DNA from: Bacteroidales bacterium | GTDB taxonomy: Bacteria; Bacteroidota; Bacteroidia; Bacteroidales; VadinHA17 | Direction: 5' to 3' | Length of the DNA: 64,000 nt | NCBI GenBank assembly: GCA_034522515.1 | Contig: JAXHLF010000029.1 | Location: forward strand, 7,809-71,808 | Shown here: positions 18,024 through 26,687 of the stretch, one piece after another | Layout: the number at the start of each line of letters is the position of its first letter | How positions within the stretch are numbered: position 1 is the first letter of the stretch | Translations under genes and position numbers: made by a program | The notes under the pieces: model-generated | Seen by the model: only the letters and a program-made list of their open reading frames with translations | Database searches by the model: none | Told to the model about the DNA's origin: nothing

Positions 18024-21000
18024 ATGTCGAAGAGATTTCCCGAATACAAGGGTCTTGACCTCCCGAAACTGAACAGCGAGGTGCTGAAGATGTGGGATGA
18101 AAACAACACCTTCCACAGGTCGCTCCGCAGCCGCGACGGCAAGGGCGAATTCATCTTCTACGAGGGTCCCCCCTCCGCCAACGGCATGCCCGGAATACAT
18201 CACGTCATGTCACGCGCCATCAAGGACGCCATCTGCCGCTACAAGACACTGCAGGGCTACGAGGTGAAGCGCAAGGCGGGATGGGACACGCACGGCCTGC
18301 CCGTCGAACTGGGTGTGGAGAAGTCGCTGGGAATCACCAAGGAAGACATCGGCACTAAGATCTCCGTCGATGAATACAACGCCGCATGCCGCAAGGATGT
18401 GATGAAGTATACCGATGCGTGGGAGGATCTGACCCGCCACATGGGATACTGGATCGACATGGATAACCCGTACGTCACCTACGATAACAGGTACATCGAG
18501 ACGCTCTGGTGGCTGCTCAGGGAGCTCTACAGGAAGGGGCTGCTCTACGAGGGCTACACCATTCAGCCCTTCTCTCCCGCCGCCGGCACCGGCCTCAGCT
18601 CGCACGAGCTCAACATGCCGGGCTGCTACCGCGATGTGAAGGACACCACATGCATCGCTCTCTTCAGCGTGATACGAAATGATAAGTCGAAGTTCCTCTT
18701 CAGCGGCATCGACACCGAGGGAGTGAAGATCATGGCATGGACCACCACGCCGTGGACGCTCCCCTCCAACACCGCCCTGGCAGTGGGACCGGAGATCAAA
18801 TATGCCAGGGTAACGACTACCAATCCATATACCTCGGAACGCATCACCGTTATTCTGGCCGAGGAGCTCATACCGGTGATCTTCGCTCCCGACAAAAAGC
18901 TGGAATACACCGTCAACGGTACATACAAAGGCTCTCAGCTTAAAGGAATCGATTACGAGCAGCTCATCGACTGGGTCAATCCCGGCGAGGGCGCCTTCCG
19001 CGTCATCACCGGCGACTTTGTCACCACCGTCGACGGAACAGGTATAGTTCATATCGCTCCCACCTTCGGCGCCGACGACTACCGCGCCGGGCGCGAGCAT
19101 GGCATCCCGCCGCTGCTGGTGCTGATGTCCGACGGCTTCCAGGGACCGCTGGTGGACCGCCGCGGCCGCATGGTGCCGCTCGGCGATCTTGACCAGGCCT
19201 TCATCGCCACGCAGGTCAACACCCACACCTACGCTCCCTTTGCCGGCCGCTATGTCAAGAACGAATATGACGAGACCCTGACAGAGGCCGATGCCACCCT
19301 CGATGTTGACATCGCAGTGATGCTCAAGCAGGCGGGGAAGGCCTTCCGCATAGAGAAGCAGATCCATAACTACCCGCACTGCTGGCGCACCGACAAGCCC
19401 GTGCTCTATTACCCGCTCGACTCGTGGTTCATCACGACCACCGCGCTGCGCGACCGCATGATCGAGCTGAACAACACCATCAACTGGAAGCCCGAGAGCA
19501 CCGGCACGGGACGCTTCGGCAAGTGGCTCGAGAACCTGGTCGACTGGAACCTGTCGCGCTCGCGCTACTGGGGCACGCCGCTGCCTATCTGGATGACCGA
19601 GGACCGCCAGGAGGAGATATGCATCGGGTCGGTGGCCGAACTGAAGATCGAGATAACCCGTAGCATCGATGCGGGCTACATGACACGCAACCCGCTTGAG
19701 AATTTCGTCGAGGGCGACAACAGTCTGGAGAACTACTCGCTGCTCGACCTGCACCGTCCGTATGTTGATGACATCATCCTTGTCAGCAAGACCGGCAGGC
19801 CGATGAAGCGCGAGACCGACCTGATAGACGTATGGTTCGACTCCGGCGCGATGCCCTATGCGCAGGCACACTACCCGTTCGAGAACAAGGAGAAGTTTTC
19901 CGAACGTTTCCCGGCAGACTACATCGCCGAGGGTGTCGACCAGACACGCGGGTGGTTCTTCACCCTCCATGCCATCGCCACGATGATATCCGATTCGGTA
20001 TCGTATAAAAATATCATATCCAACGGCCTGGTGCTCGACAAGAACGGCAACAAGATGTCTAAGCGCCTCGGCAACGCCGTCGACCCGTTCAGCACCATCG
20101 ACCAGCACGGCTCCGACGCCCTGAGATGGTACATGCTCACCAACGCACAGCCGTGGGATAACCTTCGCTTCGATATATCAGGAGTGGAGGAGGTGAAGCG
20201 CAAGTTCTTCGGTACCCTTTATAACACCTACTCGTTCTTCGCGCTGTATGCCAACGTCGACGGCTTCACAGGGAGCGAGCCGCAGGTGCCCATGGAGCGC
20301 AGGCCCGAGATAGACCGCTGGATCATCTCGCTGCTGAACACCCTGATAAAGGAGGTGACCGAACGCTACGATGACTATGACCTCACCCCGGCCGGTCGCG
20401 CTATTTCGGATTTTGTGACGGAGAACCTCTCTAACTGGTACGTGCGCCTCAACCGCAAGAGGTACTGGGGCGGAGGGCTCGATGAGGACAAGCTCTCGGC
20501 ATACCAGACGCTCTACACATGCCTTGAGACCGTTGCCATCCTGGCATCGCCCATGATACCTTTCTTCACTGACCGCATCTTCACCGACCTCAACTCGGTG
20601 AGCTTGAAACACAGCGAGGGTTCGGTTCATCTGGCGGCCTTCCCGTCCTACGATAAGAAGCTGATAGACAAGGCTCTGGAGGAGAGGATGGAGATAGCCC
20701 AGAAGATGTCGTCGATGATACTTGCCCTGCGCCGCCGGGTGAACATACGCGTGCGCCAGCCGCTGGCGAAGATCATGGTGCCCTCCTCCGACAAGCATTT
20801 CCGGAAGAGCTTCGAGGCTGGTCAAAGCCGCTGGTACTGGCCGAGGTTAATGTCAGGGAGGTCGAATATGTTGACGACACCTCCGGCATGCTCATACGCA
20901 AGGTGAAGCCCAACTTCAAGCTGCTGGGGCCGCGGTTCGGGAAGAACATGAAGGAGGGGGGAGCCGCTATACTGGCGCTGACACAGGCCGAGATTGCAGC

Positions 21001-21445
21001 CTTTGAGAAGAGCGGCAGTCATGAGCTGCTGCTCTCCGGCGAGACTTATACTATCACCTCTGCCGAGGTGGAGATTATTTCGGAGGATATCCCCGGGTGG
21101 CTTGTTGCCAACGAGGGGAGGCTGACCGTGGCTCTCGACATCACCGTCACGGAGGAGCTGCTGCATGAGGGCATCGCACGTGAGTTCGTGAACCGCATTC
21201 AGAACATACGTAAGGAGAGCGGGTTTGAGGTGACCGACAAGATCAGGGTGGTCATCGAGGATCTGCCGTTTGTCTCTGCTGCCGTGAAGAAGCACTCTGA
21301 ATACATAGCCTCGCAGACGCTGGCGCTGGAGATCACGCTTGCACCCGGTTCTGCCATTACCGGTTCCGCCACCCTCTCTTCCCCCGGCACCCGGGAGATA
21401 GACATAGAGGAGCAGATAGTGAGGGTTCTTGTAGAAAAAGTCTGA
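18024..21445 (+). CDS. ileS: Isoleucine--tRNA ligase (one frame break near ~20815-20890)
   Basis: ORFs 18024..20906 (960 aa; ...PPSANGMPGIHHV..., KMSKRLGN) and 20888..21445 (C-terminal domain). The two join if one indel is assumed near FRKSFEA|VK.... Confidence 0.95.
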
Positions 21446-21477
21446 AAGTCAGAAAGTCGAAAGTCAGACAGTAGGGA

Positions 21478-21560
21478 GTAGAGGGGCGAGCGAAAAGTAA
21501 TGACCCTTTGAGTCATTGGAGCAGCCAGCTTGCAGGGGAGGGCAGTAGGCAGCAGGCAGT
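21478..21560 (+). repeat. Hairpin repeat family, copy B (preceded by gtcagaa/gtcgaaa word repeat at 21440-21475)
   Basis: gtagaggggcgagcgaaaagtaatgaccctttgagtcattggagcagccagcttgcaggggagggcagtaggcagcaggcagt sits immediately after the ileS stop. Confidence 0.8.
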
Positions 21561-21660
21561 TTGATACTCGGACGCTGGAGGAGGATCAATCCCGTACACG
21601 AAGTGTCGGGAAGGAGATTAGGGTTGCAGTATTGTAGATCAGGATAAACTAATATTGTTC

Positions 21661-22971
21661 TCAGATATCCTCCAGCGAGAATGATTTGTAATCGATCTGG
21701 TAATCCCCCAGCTTGTTAACCAGGTTTTGAGCACTTCTCCGCAAAACCGCAGGTCTGAAGCTTTCTTTCTTCATCTTTACCTCACCAATGAGGACTCTCC
21801 TGTTCATCTCATCAAGAGCTACGATGTCAATCTCATTGCGGTTCCCTTTTTCCCAATAGCTGCCTACAGATGTGTAATCGCCACTCATAGCAATTTTCTC
21901 CTTCAAATATTTCTCAAGGAAAATTCCGCTCCAGGTACTGAAATCACGTTTGATGATATCCTTAACGTATTTGTAGTTACCAATCTCCAGTGCCCCGCGG
22001 TACTTATATACAAAACGGAACCAGAATGTCAGAAAATTATCATCAATGGCGTACTTCTGTATTCTACCTCCCGGTTTTGCGAGCACAGGTCTTACACTCC
22101 TTATCAACATATATTTCTTCTCCAGTTTATCGATATGTCCGCCGATATCCTTCTGCAAAACAGATTCTATCTCGGGTCTCGATGTTTTTGATGAAGAAAT
22201 GAGTGACAGAATTGAAAAATAAGTACTGTAATCCTTTCCGAATTCTTCAATCAGGACATTTTTCCCTTCTTCGAGAAGCAATGAGTTCTCTCTGAATATT
22301 TCATCAATCATCCCTGAAAGAGTATACTTTCCTTTATCAAAGAAGAGCTCAACATATCGTGCAGCACCTCCGGTAATCGTATAGAAGGCAAGTATATCGG
22401 TGTTTTTGGCTTCCGGGAAGTGATCAGTCAGTAAGTTTTTTACGACATTGACAGTAAACGGCCTGAGATAAATACGTTCATTGGCACGTCCAAATAATGG
22501 TTCTTTTTCATTCTCAAAAATCTCTTTCATCATAGAATAAACAGAGCCGCATAGGACCAGATTCATTCTTGCCCTGGACTTATGCACGTCCCACAGCTTC
22601 TGAATTTCCCCAAAAACCGATTTATTCACATTCAAGAACTCCTGGAATTCATCAATAACAAGAGTGAAGGGCTTGCTCTCCGACAGTACAATAAGGTACT
22701 CAAAGAGGCGGGCAAAACTGCTGAATTCACCTAACACATTGAGATTGAGTGCACGATTGATCTCCTCAATGAAATCCTGACATAACAATATCTCACTCTT
22801 TCTGACAACAAATAGATAGAGAAAGGGATAATCCTCAAATGCCTTGATAGTCAAAGTCGTTTTGCCAATCCTCCGACGGCCGGTAATGACAGTCATCATA
22901 GCAGACCCTTCAGCTCTTTTTCTAATCTCTTCAAGCAGCTCCAACTCGCTCTCGCGGTCAATGAATTTCAT
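21661..22971 (-). CDS. ATPase (Arch_ATPase-like P-loop) with C-terminal DUF234/PD-(D/E)xK-like domain
   Basis: ORF 21661..23082; the likely start is the ATG at 22971 (MKFIDRESELELLEEIRK...). P-loop ITGRRRIGKTTL; C-terminus ...NEIDIVALDEMNRRVLIGEVKMKK. Intact and clearly AT-richer than ileS/ribE. Confidence 0.8.
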   Translation of the reverse strand: MKFIDRESELELLEEIRKRAEGSAMMTVITGRRRIGKTTLTIKAFEDYPFLYLFVVRKSEILLCQDFIEEINRALNLNVLGEFSSFARLFEYLIVLSESKPFTLVIDEFQEFLNVNKSVFGEIQKLWDVHKSRARMNLVLCGSVYSMMKEIFENEKEPLFGRANERIYLRPFTVNVVKNLLTDHFPEAKNTDILAFYTITGGAARYVELFFDKGKYTLSGMIDEIFRENSLLLEEGKNVLIEEFGKDYSTYFSILSLISSSKTSRPEIESVLQKDIGGHIDKLEKKYMLIRSVRPVLAKPGGRIQKYAIDDNFLTFWFRFVYKYRGALEIGNYKYVKDIIKRDFSTWSGIFLEKYLKEKIAMSGDYTSVGSYWEKGNRNEIDIVALDEMNRRVLIGEVKMKKESFRPAVLRRSAQNLVNKLGDYQIDYKSFSLEDI

Positions 22972-22994
22972 ACCCTTTCTTTTGTAATACAATA

Positions 22995-23002
22995 CAAAGT
23001 TA
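22995..23002 (-). promoter_or_regulatory. -7 promoter box (TAACTTTG on the minus strand)
   Basis: caaagtta on the plus strand; 24 nt upstream of the ATPase ATG (22971). Confidence 0.4.
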
Positions 23003-23066
23003 ATATATTTATCGTAACGTTTATTACTGTAACGGCGGTTACTGTAAATTGTTTTATTACATTTAG

Positions 23067-23074
23067 TATCTTTG
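23067..23074 (+). promoter_or_regulatory. -7 promoter box TATCTTTG upstream of ribE
   Basis: 23 nt upstream of the ATG at 23097. Confidence 0.45.
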
Positions 23075-23096
23075 CCGGGCAATTAAATATATCAGC

Positions 23097-23705
23097 ATGT
23101 TTTCAGGAATAGTAGAGGAAGCCGCGCCGGTGGTGCGGATAGAAAAGGAAAAGGACAACATCCATATAACCATGCGGTGTTCATTCGCCGGCGAGCTGAA
23201 GATCGACCAGAGTGTGTCGCACAACGGCGTTTGCCTTACCGTGGTGAAGAGGGAGGGCGACACCTACACCGTGACCGCCATCCGCGAGACACTTGACAAG
23301 ACCAACCTGGGTTTGCTCAAGCCGGGCGACAAGGTCAACCTGGAACGGAGCACCCGCCTCGACGGTCGTCTCGACGGCCACATGGTGCAGGGTCATGTTG
23401 ACCTTACCGCCACCTGCACCTCGGTGCGCGAGGCGGAGGGGTCATGGTATTACACCTTTGAATACGAACCAACCTCACCTGAACATATCACCGTTGAGAA
23501 GGGATCTGCCAGCGTCAACGGCGTCAGCCTGACGGTTGTGAACTCAAAGGACAGATCGTTTGAGGTGGCCATCATTCCCTTCACCTGGGAGGTGACCAAC
23601 TTCCACCAGATCAAGGCGGGGACGGTTGTCAATATTGAGTTTGACATCCTTGGCAAATACATTGCGAAGATAGTACGGCAAATACTTTCTAATGAGAGTA
23701 AATAG
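23097..23705 (+). CDS. ribE: Riboflavin synthase (alpha chain)
   Basis: 202-aa intact ORF. MFSGIVEE...SVSHNGVCLTV...GHMVQGHVD...SASVNGVSLTVV shows the duplicated lumazine-binding repeat. Confidence 0.9.
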   Translation: MFSGIVEEAAPVVRIEKEKDNIHITMRCSFAGELKIDQSVSHNGVCLTVVKREGDTYTVTAIRETLDKTNLGLLKPGDKVNLERSTRLDGRLDGHMVQGHVDLTATCTSVREAEGSWYYTFEYEPTSPEHITVEKGSASVNGVSLTVVNSKDRSFEVAIIPFTWEVTNFHQIKAGTVVNIEFDILGKYIAKIVRQILSNESK

Positions 23706-23917
23706 GTCGTAGACCTTCAAGTATTGTAGCGATGCGGGATATTCACCCGACCCATAGGTCGTAGACCTTCAGGTGTTGTAGCATTGTAGCATGGAGGGCC
23801 ACCACATCAACCCTCCGGCCTCCCCGCCGAGAGGTCGTGGAATATGCATGTAAAATGCATAAAATTTGCTTTCATTTCTATTTTGCACTATTTTGTTGCA
23901 TAAAGAAACAAAATAGG

Positions 23918-24343
23918 GTGAATTTCATTGAATTCAGAACACGGATGTTTCCTTTGGCCTGTTAATACAGTTGGTGCCCAACCTTGATACGGTGGACCAG
24001 GGGGGATTGATACTGAGGAGGGATTCCGTGGCCCTTTCGATACCCCCTCTTTTTGAGATGATCCCTGAGGGGTGACAGGATCACGTTCCTCCCTAAAACC
24101 GCCTCCTTGTCCTCTGTACTGATCGAATGTGTTGGATCCTCAAGTGCTCTTTTTATTTCCACCCAAAGGGATTTTAGATTTTTTATTACGCTTTCTATAA
24201 TGACTACAAAATGAGGACACGCTTGATGATTATTTATGAGTGAAGAGCTGGACAAGGGATCTGCTTCTCGAATACTCCTTCAGGATCAAGAGCAATGCAC
24301 TGGATAAAAGAATCAAACTGCTTTTTAAGAAGCTATGCCGTAT
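23918..24343 (+). pseudogene. AbiEi-like antitoxin remnant (shortened and frame-disrupted)
   Basis: The GTG at 23918 gives VNFIEFRTRMFPLAC*. Later frames give ...EYSFRIKSNALDKRIKLLFKK... and an ...SYAV* end overlapping the toxin ATG as ATGA. The region is shorter than a full AbiEi gene. Confidence 0.5.
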
Positions 24344-25076
24344 GATACAAATTAAAGACCTCCAAAATTATTATCCTCCGCTGGTACGTGATGATCCCAA
24401 TTTCAAGAGGTACATGCTGAAGGAATATATCCAACTTCTGATTCTTGACTACCTGTCGGCCACTGCCTGGATAAAAAAAATCACACTTATCGGTGGAACA
24501 TGCCTGCGTCTTCTAAAGGGCATAGACAGGTTCTCTGAGGATATCGACTTCGATTGCAAGGATTTATCAAAGGAGGAGTTTTTAAGGATGACCGATGATA
24601 TCATCAGACTTCTTCTGCGAAATGGCTTTAATGTCGAGCCAAGGGACAAAGAGAGCACCGCAAAGGCTGCCGTAGGTCCATTTCCCGGCTTGTTATTTGA
24701 TCAGGGCTGACAGGTCCGACCGTGAAGAGCGTTTCCTGATCAGAGTCGAAAGCCACGACCAGAACTTCATTACAGTCCGGTTCTGGCAAACGTCAGGATT
24801 ACAGGGTTTGTGTGCGATCATCCTATGTGCTATGAAGATCTCCGCCATGCTTGAAAGGCAGAAGGGGCGAGATTTAGTGCAATGTCCTCCGGCCAGACCG
24901 CCCCGGATTTTTCTCTTTGAAAGTATCTGGTCCGAAGATCAAGGAAGCGTGGAAAAAAACTAAAAATCGATCTGACAAAAAAGAGCAGGGATTTTGAGCA
25001 CCTGCTGTTTAACAGGGATAATAGCCTCCGCATACTGCGTGTAGGCGAGTTTTTCCGGGAGATGATTAAACCATAG
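24342..25076 (+). pseudogene. AbiEii/AbiGii-family nucleotidyltransferase toxin, frame-disrupted
   Basis: MIQIKDLQNYYPPLV...ITLIGGTCLRLLKGIDRFSEDIDFDCKD... (within ORF 24240..24710), then shifted pieces ...EERFLIRVES... KISAMLERQKGRDL... and ...KSRDFEHLLFNRDNSLRILRVGEFFREMIKP* (stop 25074-25076). Confidence 0.7.
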
Positions 25077-25239
25077 GTCGCAGGGATCAGGCAGCAGGCA
25101 ATAGGGAAGATTAATCCCTCTTCAAAGACCCTTCCACCACCCCGATAATATATATTAAATGTTGTAGAAAAAAATGATTGCCTCAACCCATAGGTCGTAG
25201 ACCTTTCAGTATTGTAGGATTGTAGGATGGAACAATTTG

Positions 25240-25247
25240 TATCTTTG
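25240..25247 (+). promoter_or_regulatory. -7 promoter box TATCTTTG upstream of ubiX
   Basis: 16 nt upstream of the ATG at 25263. Confidence 0.4.
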
Positions 25248-25262
25248 CATTTCCAAAGGGTT

Positions 25263-25841
25263 ATGAATAGGAGAAAGATTATAGTTGCTATTACCGGTGC
25301 CAGCGGGGCGGTGTACGCCCTGAAGCTGCTGGAGCGGCTGCGCTCGCTGCCTGAACCCCCTGCAGAGGTGGCGGTCATATTCACGGGCAACGCCGAAGAG
25401 ATCATGCTCTACGAGACCGGCGCCGGGTACACTCCTGACGGAACCGAAAAGCTATGGAACAACCAGGACTTCAACGCGCCATTTGCCTCCGGATCATCAT
25501 CATATGACACCATGATCATCTGTCCGGCCTCTATGGGGATGGTAGGGCGCATCGCCCACGGTGTCTCCGACGACCTCATCACCCGGGCGGCAGACGTGAT
25601 GCTGAAGGAGCGCCGCCGACTGATACTGGTACCCCGCGAGACCCCCTACAGCCTCATCCATATCACCAACATGAAGCTGCTGACGGAGGCCGGCGCAATC
25701 ATCTGTCCCGCCACACCCTCCTTCTACAGCCGTCCGCAGACGATAGACGAGCTTGTCATGACAGTCATCGACAGGGTGGTGGCGCTGGCAGGATTTAACA
25801 TCGACACTTACCGGTGGAACGAAGAGGATCACAAAAAGTGA
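25263..25841 (+). CDS. ubiX: UbiX-family flavin prenyltransferase
   Basis: ORF 25227..25841; the likely start is MNRRKIIVAITGASGAVYALKLLERL.... ...MIICPASMGMVGRIAHGVSDDLITRAADVMLKERRRLILVPRETP is characteristic of the family. Confidence 0.85.
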   Translation: MNRRKIIVAITGASGAVYALKLLERLRSLPEPPAEVAVIFTGNAEEIMLYETGAGYTPDGTEKLWNNQDFNAPFASGSSSYDTMIICPASMGMVGRIAHGVSDDLITRAADVMLKERRRLILVPRETPYSLIHITNMKLLTEAGAIICPATPSFYSRPQTIDELVMTVIDRVVALAGFNIDTYRWNEEDHKK

Positions 25842-25991
25842 TAAATTCATTTGCCGGCTCCTGCCGGTAGAAAATGAATTACTAACCACAAGTGCACTAT
25901 AGATTATGACAGTTCCCAAAAGACCGGAACAGTGTCCGCAGGAACCCGGAAAACAGAATTAACGCATAAAGCATAAAACTAACACAGCCCA

Positions 25992-26438
25992 TTGGAACAG
26001 CAAGGACTTCACAAACGAATAAAATCGCTTTTCCGGAGGCATCACGTGCTGAGCATCGCCACGGTCAGTGAGCGAGGACCGTGGTGCGCCTCGTGCTTCT
26101 ATGCATGGGATGAGGAGAACAACACGCTGGTCATCACCACCGACCCGGCCACCAGGCACGGGGCGGAATTCCGCAGCAACCCGCAGGTGGCCGGTACCAT
26201 CGCCCTCGAGACAATGCGCGTTGGCCGCATCCGGGGCGCTCAGTTCACCGGCGTCATCAGCGAGCCGGAAGGCGACGAGCTGGCCCGCGCCCGCAAAATC
26301 TATCTCCGCCGCTTCCCCTACGCCGCACTTGTTGAGCTTCACATCTGGGTCATAACCCTCAATCTTATTAAGCTTACAGACAACCGTTTAGGTTTCGGAA
26401 AGAAAATAATATGGGATTCAAACCCACAGGATAATTAG
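25992..26438 (+). CDS. Pyridoxamine 5'-phosphate oxidase-fold protein (YhbP-like)
   Basis: 148-aa ORF with a TTG start. ...HHVLSIATVSERGPWCASCFYAWDEENNTLVITTDPATRHG...IRGAQFTGV... reads as YhbP/UPF0306-like. Confidence 0.65.
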   Translation: MEQQGLHKRIKSLFRRHHVLSIATVSERGPWCASCFYAWDEENNTLVITTDPATRHGAEFRSNPQVAGTIALETMRVGRIRGAQFTGVISEPEGDELARARKIYLRRFPYAALVELHIWVITLNLIKLTDNRLGFGKKIIWDSNPQDN

Positions 26439-26579
26439 TATAGTCTATCTTTCAAATTGCTTTTTCCATAAAGCAATTATTCTGGTTTTTTGCTTTTTCC
26501 ATAAAGCATTTTTGTGTCTTTAATCATCACTTATCCTATCTATAATGCTGTAATATATCCTGGCTAAATGTTGCCAACA

Positions 26580-26663
26580 CTACTCCCTACTGCCCTTCCC
26601 TGCAATCTGGCTGCTTCGCTAAAATGACCCGCCGGGTCATTTTCTAACGCTTGCCCCTCTATT
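26580..26663 (-). repeat. Hairpin repeat family, copy C (inverted orientation)
   Basis: The reverse complement reads aatagaggggcaagcgttagaaaatgacccggcgggtcattttagcgaagcagccagattgcagggaagggcagtagggagtag. It lies directly upstream of dnaG. Confidence 0.85.
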
Positions 26664-26673
26664 CCCTTTTTAC

Positions 26674-26681
26674 TAACTTTG
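26674..26681 (+). promoter_or_regulatory. -7 promoter box TAACTTTG upstream of dnaG
   Basis: It ends 7 nt before the ATG at 26688, which would imply a very short leader. Weak call. Confidence 0.3.
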
Positions 26682-26687
26682 AACTCC

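Noticed and set aside
18210-20108. 632-aa minus-strand ORF antisense to ileS, and similar long antisense ORFs at 8727..9578, 26673..27308, 53666..54598, 36851..37408 and 463..1056
   Set aside because: Each lies entirely opposite a gene with unmistakable conserved motifs. Their translations are Arg/Gly/Ala/Val-rich low-complexity sequence typical of shadow ORFs in GC-rich coding DNA. None shows a recognisable domain.
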